A stretch of 63,674 nucleotides of DNA, the filler included, from Vezdaea acicularis (taxonomy: Eukaryota): assembly GCA_026025075.1 (NCBI GenBank). It is 11 parts of 11 records of this genome, joined end to end, with 100 filler letters (N's around TTAATTAATTAA, not from the genome) between each part and the next. Parts side by side here need not be neighbours in the genome. Positions count along the whole stretch, not along the records: positions 1 to 6,244 come from JAPEUI010000286.1; positions 6,345 to 12,628 come from JAPEUI010000287.1; 9 more parts are not named here. The stretch is one strand, 5' to 3'. The notes below the pieces were generated by a model. It saw nothing but the letters and a program-made list of their open reading frames with translations. It was not told the origin of the DNA and ran no database searches. A program made the translations under genes and the position numbers. The first letter of the stretch is position 1; every line of letters begins with the position of its first letter. Shown here in pieces: positions 1 through 11,877 of this stretch.

Positions 1-1607
1 CCTCACCCCTCTTCATCTCCCCCAGCGGCGTCGCCGCCGACGACAACGACGAACCAACGCCCCGCCCACCCCCCCGCACCCGAAAACGCTCCCCCAGCCC
101 CGCCCCCTCCTTCTCCGACTCCTCCTTACACCCCAGCGCCGCCGAGAACGAACCAGGAAGCCCCCCCCGGCCCAAACGCGCCAAACACACCAAACCCCCA
201 CTCGCCTCCCAAGCCAGCCCTAACACCCGCCGCCGCCTCGACGACCGCCGCCACGCCGCTACGGACTTGATGGAGTACTCCGACCCGCCCCCGCTCACAA
301 GCCGGCCCGGACGACCCCATGCTCGACGGCCCTATGATCGCCACCGTGCCCTCCCCGCGCTTGCGGATAGAGAGCTTGCTGGGGAGGTGGATGAGGATGA
401 TAGCGACGATGCGTATGACTCTGCTGCCGCGCGCATGGCTGCGACGCCGCCGAAGCGCGGGCCCGGCCGTCCTCGTAAGGATGGGTTGCCCCCCCAGAAA
501 CGCCGCGTGGTGCAGTATGTAGAGGCGCGGGTGGAGGGCGGGGATGTGGTTGGGCTTTTTCCTCCTCCTTCTAGGCCGTCACAGCAGGGGCAACAGCAGC
601 AGGAAAAGAAGAGAGGGCCTGGCAGGCCGAAGGGGAGTAAGAATAAGAAGACTTTGCGGATGAGCGCCGGCGGGTATCTCCCGCAGCCGCAGTTGCGGCT
701 AGAGAAGTGGGAGAAGGAGACGGGGACGTTGGTTGGGCCGGTGAGGAGCTGGCCGGATGGGAGGGGTGAGGAGGAGGATGTTGGTGAGTTATTTTTTTGC
801 TGGGTTCTTTTCATCTCGGGTTCCTCGCTGTGTAGACGCTGGAACACTCTATTCCTTCCCCACCCCCTTTTTTCTTATCCTACCCCAACCAGCCCCCTCA
901 CCACCACCCCTCTAACCTTCTTCCCCTCCCAGAACTCGCCTACGCCGGCACCTCGATCGACCTACGCAGCGTTGCCGACCTCTCCTTCCGCTACGCCAAA
1001 ATCCTCTCCACGCCCTTCTTCGGGTGCGGCCTGGTCGAATTGCCCGCCGGCGCCGTCAAACGCACCAAGAACGCACGCAAGATGCAGATGTGTTTCTTCG
1101 TCAGCGAGGGTAAAGTCTTGGTCGATGTCGCGGGGAGTGAGTTCAGGATTAGTAGGGGCGGGGTGTGGGTTGTGCCGAGAGGTGAGTTTTGCGTCTGCGG
1201 GCTTTTGGTAGGGGGGGAGGGGGTTAAATTGGTGGTTTGGCTGATGGGTGGAATTAGGCAATACATACAGCATAACAAACGACTACGACCTCCCCGCCCG
1301 CATCTTCTTCGCGCAAGGATGCGAGGTCGAAGCCCCACCGCCGCCTCCTGCTCCCTCTCTTGACGAAGACGAAGAAGAGGCCGCATCCCCCGAAAAGCCG
1401 GCCCCGCGCTTGGAGTCGCTGGGTACGAAGGAACGAGATCGTGACCGTGATCGTGACCGAAGAGGACAGGGGGAAGGACACCGGAATCGTCAGCAAATCA
1501 GAAGCAGGCATGAAAGAGAAGAGAGTACGATGGAGCAATCGCGGCGGGGGGAGAGTATGGCGGATTCTTCGGATGAGGAGGGGGAGCGGCGGCAGCGGCA
1601 GCGGTAG
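1..1607 (+). CDS. CENP-C/Mif2-type C-terminal cupin protein with two AT-hook motifs (5' partial)
   Basis: Frame open from nt 3. Introns 784-932 (GTGAGT..CTAAC..CAG) and 1182-1257 join EKWEKETGTLVGPVRSW..DV|ELAYA..FRYAKILSTPFFGCGLVELPAGAVKRTKNARKMQMCFFV..VWVVPR|GNTYSITN..RIFFAQGC, which matches the fungal Mif2/Cnp3 cupin. AT-hooks KRGPGRPRK and KRGPGRPKGSKNK. Confidence 0.8.
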
Positions 1608-2547
1608 TGGTAGTGGCTGCGGTAGTGGCTGAGGTAATGACAGAGGTAGTAAAGCGGGAGGAGGGGTAGTGGAGGGGATGAGAATGTTGTGCTGTGCAAG
1701 AGTTTACTGGGCTGGGCCGGGTCATGGTATATTCTGCGGCCTTTTCTCTAGTTCTGGGGGGGAGGGCGGGCGGGGGCTTGGCAGATGATAAATGAGGATG
1801 AAGGCGGGGTGTGAGAAGACGCCGAGAAGACCGATCTGCCCGTTCCAAGCGAGAGATATGTTGTGGCAGTCTGGGGAATCCACCCCGCTGGGAAACTTTG
1901 CCGGCAAAAGCGATGGAAGCCGGGATGGAACGGAGTGGAATCTGATAGGTTAGGATAGGTTAGGTTATGATCAGGAAAGTTATATGACGCGATACATTTG
2001 ATCAATTTGGAATATCTTGGAATATCTCGGAATATGAGAGTACTGGGGCTGTATCTATGAACGTGAGAGTCGAAGCAAGCGGGCAGAGTTCAAGTGCAAG
2101 AAAGTCTAAGTTCGGATGGGAAGTCCAAGTGCAAGAAAGTCCAAGGCGAAAGGTCGAAGGTGAAGTACAAGGGTGAAGTTCAAGGCGAAAGTTCGAAGGT
2201 GAAGTATAACCCTAAAGCCTAGACATATACACATCTGCGCTGGGGGATGAGCCGGGGTGCGGGCGTGTGTGTGTCTGTGTGTGCTAGGGAGAGCTTCGGA
2301 GCTTGGCGAGTTTGTAGGGTTTTAAATCATAGTGTGAGCTGGGTTGCGCGTGTTTTGGTGAGATACACTGGTTGTGGTGGTGGTGGTGGTGATGATGTAT
2401 ACTGGTGGTCTGGGATGAGATGTATTTTTTTCTCATCTACTTCGCGAGCAAATACTCCGCCTCAGCGCCATTCTTTAAGGACTTATATCCTTACCCCTTT
2501 CCCTTCCTCCTTCCCCATATCCCCATTCCCCTTTCCCCCTTTCCCCC

Positions 2548-3484
2548 TCAAATCTCCTCCTCCTCCTCCTCCACCTCCTCTTCCGTCCCGAGCCCCAACA
2601 CCGGCCACTCTCCTACCTCAACCCGTTCCGGGCGGACAAAAACCCCGTGTTTAGCCCCACAAACAAAATACCTCTTCCCACCTTCGCCGAACCCCCCATC
2701 ATTCCTACCCACCGGCTCATCCAGCTCGACACCAACCCAATACCCGCCGCCTTTCTCGCCTTCTCGCGCCGCAATTTCTGGTACGTCGCCGAGGAAGCGG
2801 ATCGTGCCGCGTCTACCTTCCATCTTATCCTTCTCTCCACTGCCACCTGTGCTGCCAGTACTAACACGACAGCGCAGACCAGGTTTCAAGCCCTTGGAAA
2901 GAGCAATGTCGGTGTGTTTCTGGGCGAGAGCGGCGGGGGAAGGCGCGTCAGGATCGAAGCGGCCGAGCTTCTGGGCGCGTTTCCAGGCGAGCACGCTGTC
3001 TGGCAGCGCGGCGTATTGGGAGGAGGGCATTTCGTATTTGGGCACGGAGGAGGGGTCGGTGAGGTTTGGGCGGGCAGTGGGGGGGCGAGTGTCTTGGACC
3101 TGTTGATGGGTTCAGGGGGTGTGAGCTTTTAGTTAGAGGGGGGGGGATGGAGGTGATGAGGGCAGGAGGAGGAGAAGGAGGAGGTTTATGGTGCGGTATT
3201 GAAAGACTGAAACGTACAACAAGCTCCCCACCCCTCCGTAGCGGCCATTCCCCTACAACACAGCTCTCCTCATCCTCCGCCTCGATAACTCTATCCCCCC
3301 CATCTACACCGTCTCCGCCTCCTCCAACGCCTTTCAGCAGCAACCGCTGACTACCCGGCGGGATCCCCGTCACGCTCTCGAGTTTAGTCTTTAGATGCGC
3401 GATTGTCCAGCTGGGCGTGATGCGTCGCTCGCTACTGGCGTTCGGAGAGATGATTTGGAGGGGGATGTCGTGGGGGGTGGTCAT
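2548..3484 (-). CDS. alf1: Tubulin-folding cofactor B (Ubl + CAP-Gly)
   Basis: ATG at 3484. SSERRITPSWTIAHLKTKLESVTGIPP (Ubl), intron 3100-3217, then YWVGVELDEPVGRNDG..YFVC..HGVFVRP (CAP-Gly) and acidic EEEI tail. Confidence 0.93.
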
Positions 3485-6244
3485 TGTGGTGGGGTTTTGG
3501 AGGGGAGAGGAGGAGAGGTGAGGGGTGACGTGGGGTGTGGGGTGAGCTGGTGGGAGTGAGATATGAGGCTGGGTGGGTGTGGGTAGTGGGGTGAGTGTTT
3601 CGAGATGAGTTGAGAGAGTGGACGCGTGTGTGTGTGTATATGTTGAATACGTGAGATCCGTACTGTAGCGGGCGGAGGAGGGGAAAAAAGCGGACGCTGC
3701 CAGACTTTCTTCTCCGCGAAAACACCAAGCGACGCACCCTTCCACTCTACCGAGGCGAATAATCCACTACCCTAACCCCATCCCTTCTCCCTCAGCCGAA
3801 CAGCCGCTGCCGCCGAGCAAAACGCAAGTCAGCCAGCACAGCACAGCATAGCCAGGCGTGCGTTTGCGTGGTCATCTGGATGAAGGGTTGGAGGGTTGTG
3901 AGGTTCTCGAGGGAGAAAGGGGGGAGAAAAGAGGGGAGAAGCCGCGGGATGAAGAGGAGCTCCAGTAGCACGGAGAGACTACAGAAAAATACTCGAGGGC
4001 GAGGACCGGCCGGGGCTAGGTGGGGTAATGGGAGGGGTTAGGGTCAGGGACAGCACTTGAGATTCTGCACGGAGCAAAAAGGCGACAAGCGTGCGAGAAG
4101 GCGGATTCGGCCCGTCTCATACGTTGCGCACACGCTCGACTCAGCTCATGCAGTCCATACGGCTTGTTCAAGAAAGGCGAGTTATGGGGTTACAACGAGT
4201 TTCCCTCACCCCGACGTCCTTTCTTGGTGAACAAGAGAAGCGCTGGGGAAGGCCAACAACACGAACGCAATATTGGCGGGGGGCTCAAACCGAGGCAAAT
4301 GCTCGCAGCAAGGGGGTGGCGATCAACAGACTACCCCTTCCGGCAAGGATCTGCCGATTCCATGTAACCCCCTTTTCGTGCTGTGCCTTCCCGCGATATC
4401 CTCCACCTGCTCACCTTCCCTCTGCCCATGTCTCAGCCAGAGCAATCGTGTCCCCGCGCCACAAATTCGATATCAGTAGCGTATCGCCGTAGTGTCGTAT
4501 CGTATCGACCTCCATACGAGGTTCGTCAGGAGAACGGCTGTAAGACCGATGCGAGGAGTAGGCAGTCGGTCGTATATCATTCAGCTCACCAGCCGCCATC
4601 CATATCGCTTCCCCTCCTCCAAAACCTTATTTAAAATTTTGATGAAATCGTTCCGGCCGGGGGAAATTCAGTGGTGTGCAGATATTGAATATTGGGAAAA
4701 GAGGAAGGAGGCTCTCCATGCTGCTTTTGGCCGCAACAAGTAATGATGAGACGGATGATCCCGGCCCCACCAACACCTCGCGCGGCATGCCGAAAACAAT
4801 CCATGACAAGAGAAAGCCGCCACGGATTCGGTTCCGCTCCTCAGGGCTAGGACAGAGGGAGAGAGAGAGAGGGGTGGAGATGACATGATCGCCCGATGCG
4901 CTCGAGACGCGCTCATGCGATAGTGAATTGGGGTGCTCCGGGGTGGGCGCGGTACTTTCCGTTCCCAACAGTCATGTCGCTTGCATTTTGACGTTTCCCG
5001 GAAATCCAGCATGTCACTACCACTCTCCTGCCCCGACATAGGACCAGAAGACAGTCCGATCCAATGTCCGAAACCCTGAAAAGAGAGACGAACCATCAAA
5101 GTATGATTACCTCACCGTCGGACCCGATCGGGGCCAGGAAAGCTGGTGGGGCAGCTGAGCACCATCTGAAGGATCGGACGGATGTCGTTCGTGCGCGCCT
5201 ATTGGCCGTTCGTGACGATTCCGGGCGGACAAACGCTGTTCGTTTCGGCATGGCCTCGATGCTGGGGGGAAGACTAAAGTCGGGAGAGCTGCAAAGGCAG
5301 GTCGGTCGCCCTTCAGCCTCTTGCTCCCCACCCCGTTCGCCCAGACCGGGATCGTGAGAGTTTGCTGCAGCCTTTTTTTCTCATGGGGCACGGAGGGAAC
5401 TGGTCCAAAAAGCAACGAACACACGCCGCCGCATCACTGCACCACTGCACCATTGCACAGACCCCGAACGGTGCGTGCACATTGCCCCCGGCCCATCATC
5501 CATCATCGTCACAAGCATGGCCGTTCCTCCCTTGGCGTGGCGAACAACAACAGCACGAGGGAGAGAGCGGATGTCAAAAGCAACTGTCAAGAAGGTGGTT
5601 GCTATCGGCAGGGGCCGGCGTTTGACGTTCACCGCTTCGAGCCGACTTGTCCCCTTTGGGCGCCCTGCTGCGTCGTAGCGCCTCACTCGCCCTGCACCCG
5701 GGGAGACTTGCCCGCCAAAGCCTCCTCCCTCTTCTGTCTGGACGCTGTGCACGGGAACCATGTGCTCTAGTTGCTTGCCCGCTTTCTGGTCTTCCCTTGT
5801 CCTCGGACTCCTCTCTTGATGGCCGACTCGAGTGCCAGCATCGCAGAGGAGGATGGGAAAGTATAGTGACCCGACCGCGGTTCCATCACCTCGGTGGATG
5901 TCGTCGCTGGGCCCTAAACCAACCCCCCCGCCCTTCCCAACGGTATATGGCCGACGGTAAAGGAAGAGGACGAATCAATAACGTGGAGCGCAAGGGTTTT
6001 ATAACTTCCTCAAGCGCTGCATCATTTCACCGCTCACCAATGTTCATGTCCCCCCCAAGGCCCTAAATGACTTTTGCTTGGCTCCAGCCTTTCCTGCTCC
6101 CAGACCATTGGTTTTTACGTGCTGCTGCTTCTGCTGGAAGCCAGGATACCGTTGATTGCTGGAACGATGGGGGAGAATGCTTGGAAGTAGCCCACCACGC
6201 TTAACCGATGTGGGAAACCTTCACCTGAGCGCCAGAGCCCGGCC

Positions 6245-6344
6245 NNNNNNNNNNNNNNNNNNNNNNNNNNNNNNNNNNNNNNNNNNNNTTAATTAATTAA
6301 NNNNNNNNNNNNNNNNNNNNNNNNNNNNNNNNNNNNNNNNNNNN
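6245..6344. other. Artificial contig linker
   Basis: N44-TTAATTAATTAA-N44, stops in all six frames. Confidence 0.99.
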
Positions 6345-7400
6345 TAATAGGTACGAACAAGTACCAGATTCAAGCTTCGAAATGTGACTTACATATTGTG
6401 AGCGAGAGGTTTTTGTAAGGTATACAACCTCTGGCTTTTTGCGCACGACCACTTCTGCCAAACAATACTCGGGTATTTCATCTTCGATATCATCCCATGC
6501 GTCTTCTTCAAGGGAATCAGAAGGATCCATAAGAGGCCCGCCATTCAGATCCGTAAAAGGCATCATCAACGGTGTGCGTGGTAGCTCTGATAGCTCGTCG
6601 AAATCTGCTGCATTGAATGCTGTACCCTCAAAATCGTTGCAAACCTCCGGCGGACTGCTACTGGAGATACTGATATTCGGTTCGCTAAAACTTATATCCG
6701 TCAGTGTTGTTGCGATGTCATCCTCATAATCACTGAATATGCAAATTTCTTCGCAGGGCTCCCCTGGTGGAGAACAAGGACAATTTACGGTGTTCTCAAT
6801 TGGACATGGGGTCGATTGTGGTGAGCCCTGCGAGCACCGTGGATCCCTTTGCTCCATACCAATTACTCCTGATCCAAGGTCTTTCGTTCCAGCATCAACT
6901 TGCGGGTTCTTGGAGCCAATAGACTTCATTGGTGGGGCTGTAATGACTGGAACGGGCATGGCGCCAACGATGTCATCTACAATGGGAACATCTCTGCCTT
7001 TACTTGAAAACGAAGGGAGCGACTGTACCCGACTACGACGTCTGGGCTTCTCTGAAGAGTTGGTCGATGAACGCGGCAAGAGAAGTTTAAACAACTCTCT
7101 CATACCCACCACAGATCTTGGAGGAGGTGAAAGTGACCTAAGACTTTGATGCTCGACCTTGCTGATGGGTCGAAAGCCAGAGATATCGGAAGACCACACT
7201 GATTGGGATATTTGGGTTTGTCGTTCGGGCCTTGAAGAGAACGATCTTCGAGGCGCTGTTAGGACCTCTTCATACACCGTTGGAAGCTGCGATAATGACG
7301 AGTGTCGATAATGAGGTTTTTGGGAAGAATCGTTGAAGGGTGGGCTCTGTAAGCACGAGTGCCATGGTAAGGGGGCGGAGCCTGAGATTCTGGGATCCAT
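6345..7400 (-). CDS. Hypothetical Ser/Pro-rich, acidic protein (3' partial)
   Basis: ATG-initiated ORF of about 350 aa running to the contig end; no recognisable domain. Confidence 0.55.
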
Positions 7401-8270
7401 TCAGACTTGTTGGACTGAGTCAGTGTTGTTTTACAAAGCCTAGCTTTCAATGCCTAGGGACAAGCTTGGAGACAAATGATCCGACGAGGGCAGTTGGAAT
7501 CAATACTTGGACCGTACTGGAAGGGCAAGAAAAAGCTCATATATGAATGAAGAGACGCCATGGCTATGCATGGCGCAAACCACCTCTAAACGGATCTCAC
7601 GTTCAACCTTGCAGTTGCCTTAAAACAGACCTACATAGAGAGGTAGCACCCGACTTGAAGCCCTGATGACCTTGCATTAGAGTGAAGAAGACCACTGCGG
7701 AGTGCCATACGTCCCTTGATACGCGAACAGGGTCCTGACCGTGGTTAAGTGGATAATTCACGTGTGCTCGTCACGTCCGAAGGAGGCGGAGGGGCAGGCA
7801 AACGCGGAAAACAGGAGAGCGATTCCTTTACGGATCTACTAAGGTAGGTTACGATCAAGAGCGAGAAAGGTAAGGGCTGTGACAATGCATATAGTACGAC
7901 CGATAAGTTGAGTAGGAGTAAGGGAAACCGTGCAAGGCTTGGGGTCTCCTTGCTTCCACAGGAGAAAGGTCCGATTAACCATATCCAATCGCCAATACTC
8001 CTGCGAAGGGAGGTGTAGAGCTCCAATGGTGGAGAAACTCATTGTCAGCAGCGAGGCCCATTGAATTATCGAGTAGATTGTGAGTTGTGATAGGTCGTTT
8101 TGTGACTCAGATTACCCCGGCGGTTGTTATAAATGCAGGGGTAGGCCAAGCTTATTGAACAAAGCAAACTCATTTCAGTGCTGGGGTGAACTCGGAAAAC
8201 CTTTTGTCGATCGGTCGAGTCCGCCCCTACTACAACCCCACCAAACGCTCTAAGTTGAGCGAATACTGAG

Positions 8271-9903
8271 ATGCTTTCCGAGCCCTTGGTAATATCCACT
8301 TTTGATCCTTCGAAATCTGTAGCTTCCAAACCTAGCTCCAAAGATGCCAGCATCTGTATCTATCATCAATCTACGACAACGCCTCAGTCGACTTTCAAGA
8401 AGAGTTCTACCAAACCAAGATGCCTTGCCGTGAGTAAGTCGCACATATTTGCTGCGCAAGCGGAAAAGGCTGCCATCCATGTTTATTCTCGAGAGCGGGG
8501 CAATCTTGAGGCCCTTGTACCATTTACTGAGAGGATATCCTGCATAACCTTCTCAGGTTCAGACAGCGGTGGTGGAGTGGGAGTGCTCATCATTGGTACT
8601 GAAGGTGGGAGACTCATACTATGGGAGGTCCGTCTTGCCATGTAAAGCTCACTTTCACTGAATACTAATCCTTACCAAGGTAGCAACCGGTCGGCAAATC
8701 ATCACTTCCGAAGTACATCTTGACCCCATAACAACTCTTGCAGTGTCCTCTACAAGAACACATCTCCTTTCTGGCTCCGAAGACTCGGATATACACGTTT
8801 GGTCATTGACCAAACTTCTGTCATTCAGTCAAGAAAGATCCGACAGCTTGACTAGATCTTCTCTGAGCTCCTTCAATCGCCATCGTTCTGGTATTACTTC
8901 CCTAATTGTAGGGCACTCCTTCACTTCGAGCAATATTGCAATATCTGCATCCACTGATAGCCTCTGCATGATCTGGGACTATCACACTGGACAACTCCTA
9001 CGAACAATCATACTTCCGTCTATGGCAGTCGCTTTGGCTCTTGATCCTGCAGATCGAGCATTTTACGCTGGCTACAGCGATGGCACCGTCCAGACAGTCA
9101 GTTTGGGGCATGAATCCTTTTCAGAGAGTCTTTACACTGGCTCTTCTGCTCCCTTTGAACCTCCGAAGGACAGTCGCTGGAGGTTACCCTTTGAGAATGC
9201 TGGCGCCTTACATGCACTGGCCGTTTCTTACGACGGTACGACCCTACTATCATCGCACGCTTCAGGGCATGTATTGCAATGGAATGTTGGTTGCGGAAAG
9301 GATGTTCCCTCTATAGTCCTTTCACTAGAGCACCCCATCACAAATCTGATAACGCTTTTACCTACGGAAATACAACCGTCAGAGTCCCTATTAACGAAAC
9401 TCCACGCCGTGACGAAGCCGCGATTCGACGCGACCTTCGATGCGGCAACGACAAACGGAGTCATTCCAAATACTTACAATCTGCACGCACAGCTTCTCAA
9501 CGACCTCTCAAAAGGAGCCACAATACTCAATCAACAACAATTTTCAGAGCCATCATTTGCTACATGTCTGGCACATCCATCTTTCCCAGCATCAATGCTT
9601 CACTTTGCACCTATTGCGAAAGCTGGGCGAGATGAGAACACCAATGGTAGCGAAAATCGCATGCAGATGGAAATGGAGCTAGAGACACTCGATGGGACCA
9701 CTGAAAAGGTAGCGAGGGTTCCTATAGCATCCATAGAGTCTCTTACTGCCGAGCTTGCAGAATCGAGGGCACAGCAGAAAAGAAATTGGGACAAGTATTG
9801 TGGGCTCCTGCTGGAGAAGTCTAGATGGCAAGAACAGTACACCATGCGACACAAGAGAGGATTACGCGAGGATAGTTCGTGTAGCGACACCCAACTATCG
9901 TGA
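8271..9903 (+). CDS. ipi3: Pre-rRNA-processing protein Ipi3 (WD40, Rix1 complex)
   Basis: HIFAAQAEKAAIHVYSRERGNLEALVPFTERI, GRLILWE|VATGR, LLSGSEDSDIHVW, LALDPADRAFYAGY; intron 8628-8679; C-terminal coiled coil. Confidence 0.92.
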
Positions 9904-10245
9904 AGTGACTGTCAGGACGACAAAAACGCGTCTGACGGAGCTTTCAGTAGCGTTTGCTAACAGCTGTAGCTCAAGTCGAGAATCAACCGTACCATCTGAA
10001 ACCCTTGTGTACGTATTACTGGCAAAGGATGTTACGCAGATCATTTCCTGCCCCGAGCGTGAGCATAGTGCTACAAGTAGCTTCGAACGAGGCTAATTTA
10101 CTTTTTGAGCACATTTAGATAAAATGCATTAGACATTTAACACACGACTAATAAGCTGGAAGGCCACCGCACTTCGGTGGCTGTTTAGCAACTTCTAGAT
10201 GTTGAAATCACCTTGTTAGAACTTGGGGCCGACTGCCTGTCAAAT

Positions 10246-11850
10246 ATGCCTAACAGCCTTTCCCGACTACGGTTCATTGCACTGAATGTCATTTGGCTGC
10301 CAAGTGTATTCGCGCAAGTCGGAAGCTATGATCGTCCACCAGGCTGGATAGAATCGGTCCCAGTCCCCACTCCGCCAGAGGGAATAGACCCTCGACTTCT
10401 GATTCACTGTGAAGGCGGACCACCTCCATTTGCCTTGCCTCCACCATATCAGATTAGTGACATAATTGGTGATGGCTACAGTTCTATTCAAGAAGTATGT
10501 GCTCTCGAGGAGTTCGGTGGACGTCACAACGCAAATACCGCTGGGTACTGTGCATACTTCATGCCTGAAAACAGTTTTGGCTCTAGGGTAGCGTTTGATC
10601 CTGAGAGAGCTGCTCCCGGAATGTTCGACATCATTCCTAGCAGAGGGCAGTTACAGCTCTACTGCGCAACAAAATGCTCCTGTCGGCCCGATTTGTACCC
10701 TTCTCAGCCGAATCAGAGGCCTTTCCCTATCGGTTTTACCATACGGGCAGAACCTCAATACAACGTTGTTGATTTTGTTGCTCAATGGCGCAGTAGGCCT
10801 ATGGATCAAGACGAATTTTACTACTGTCGACGCAACCCACAACAAGTATTGGTTCCGAACGTCGTGTTCCCCATAAGTAGCCTACGCGGACGTGAGCGCA
10901 TTGTTATGGCCAGTAAGCGTATCACTGGCACCGAGGAAATCACGATCCGTTGTCGTGGTAGGGCACCACTCTTCCCTATTCCGGGACCTTGGACAAACGA
11001 CGTGTTCCGTACGTCGCAGCGGCTCTGCGCCGCAACTGTCAACGGCGGCCGTGGCGCAGGCAACGCTGGGGGGATGTGCTGGCCTTTTGAATCAAATCCA
11101 CTAGATGTTGGCGAACCTTTTGTCAACTTTCTAGAAGAGTTTTCCCATCCGGCTCTCACTTATGAGGTAGGCCAGGGTCTGAATGGCCAGATGATCCTGG
11201 CAACAAGACTCTTTTGCTTTGCACGGTGCTGGTGCACGAAATTTGCGCGCCGACCGCGCCAGAAAGTGCCCTGGCTACGGGACGCGGAGGTGGAACTTCG
11301 TGATGACAGCGTTCTGTTCACTGTGCAGACAGCAGACAACCAATGGACAACTGTCACTCTTTCTGACCCTCCTCATCCACCAAATGCAGTCGTTTTCTTT
11401 GGTTCGCAGGGCAGTTGTAGAGATAGCGGTACTAGGGAGCCGGGATGTGCTCCCACTGCTATAGTTGCACTGCCCATGATACCGAAGAAGGATGAGTTAG
11501 ATACTCTGCTAGGCCCCCCCAACAATGGAATATTATACCCTGGCTTCCCCGATCAAGGAGGAACAAGGAAGTGGATCGGTCAATATAGCTGCTTTGCGGG
11601 CCCTTGTCTGGGCAATGAGGAATGTGGGACATGGGCCGAAGGCTATCGCTGCACAAGATCGCAAAGTGGAGGGTTGAGTGTAGACGGATTCGACGGTGGA
11701 CGACGGAAAGCAGGATTGTGTTTACTCAACTGGAATGCCAATATTGCAGTGAAGCTGGGTGTAAGAACAATTGGGAATGGAGTTGAGTGTTTCTGCAATG
11801 CTACTTTTGTAGATGAGAGATGCTGCACAAATCAGGTGGTCTCCCTTTAG
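10246..11850 (+). CDS. Uncharacterised secreted Cys-rich protein with two tandem 6-Cys domains and a C-terminal Cys-rich module
   Basis: Intronless 534-aa ORF from ATG 10246. Signal-peptide-like MPNSLSRLRFIALNVIWLPSVFA|Q; internal repeat; ends CFCNATFVDERCC. Confidence 0.8.
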   Translation: MPNSLSRLRFIALNVIWLPSVFAQVGSYDRPPGWIESVPVPTPPEGIDPRLLIHCEGGPPPFALPPPYQISDIIGDGYSSIQEVCALEEFGGRHNANTAGYCAYFMPENSFGSRVAFDPERAAPGMFDIIPSRGQLQLYCATKCSCRPDLYPSQPNQRPFPIGFTIRAEPQYNVVDFVAQWRSRPMDQDEFYYCRRNPQQVLVPNVVFPISSLRGRERIVMASKRITGTEEITIRCRGRAPLFPIPGPWTNDVFRTSQRLCAATVNGGRGAGNAGGMCWPFESNPLDVGEPFVNFLEEFSHPALTYEVGQGLNGQMILATRLFCFARCWCTKFARRPRQKVPWLRDAEVELRDDSVLFTVQTADNQWTTVTLSDPPHPPNAVVFFGSQGSCRDSGTREPGCAPTAIVALPMIPKKDELDTLLGPPNNGILYPGFPDQGGTRKWIGQYSCFAGPCLGNEECGTWAEGYRCTRSQSGGLSVDGFDGGRRKAGLCLLNWNANIAVKLGVRTIGNGVECFCNATFVDERCCTNQVVSL

Positions 11851-11877
11851 AAAGCTCCTGTAGAGGATCGATAAATG

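Noticed and set aside
2207..2215. TAACCCTAA as a telomerase RNA template or telomeric repeat
   Set aside because: A single 9-mer is expected by chance in this window; no array or supporting structure
3746..6244. Gene or RNase P RNA in the 2.5-kb region (GGGAAATTCAGTGG near 4661)
   Set aside because: No matching 3' P4/CR-V strand found, and no convincing ORF
10163..10181. GCCACCG-CACTT-CGGTGGC hairpin as a terminator
   Set aside because: Eukaryotic context, a 7-bp stem and no U-tract; not interpretable
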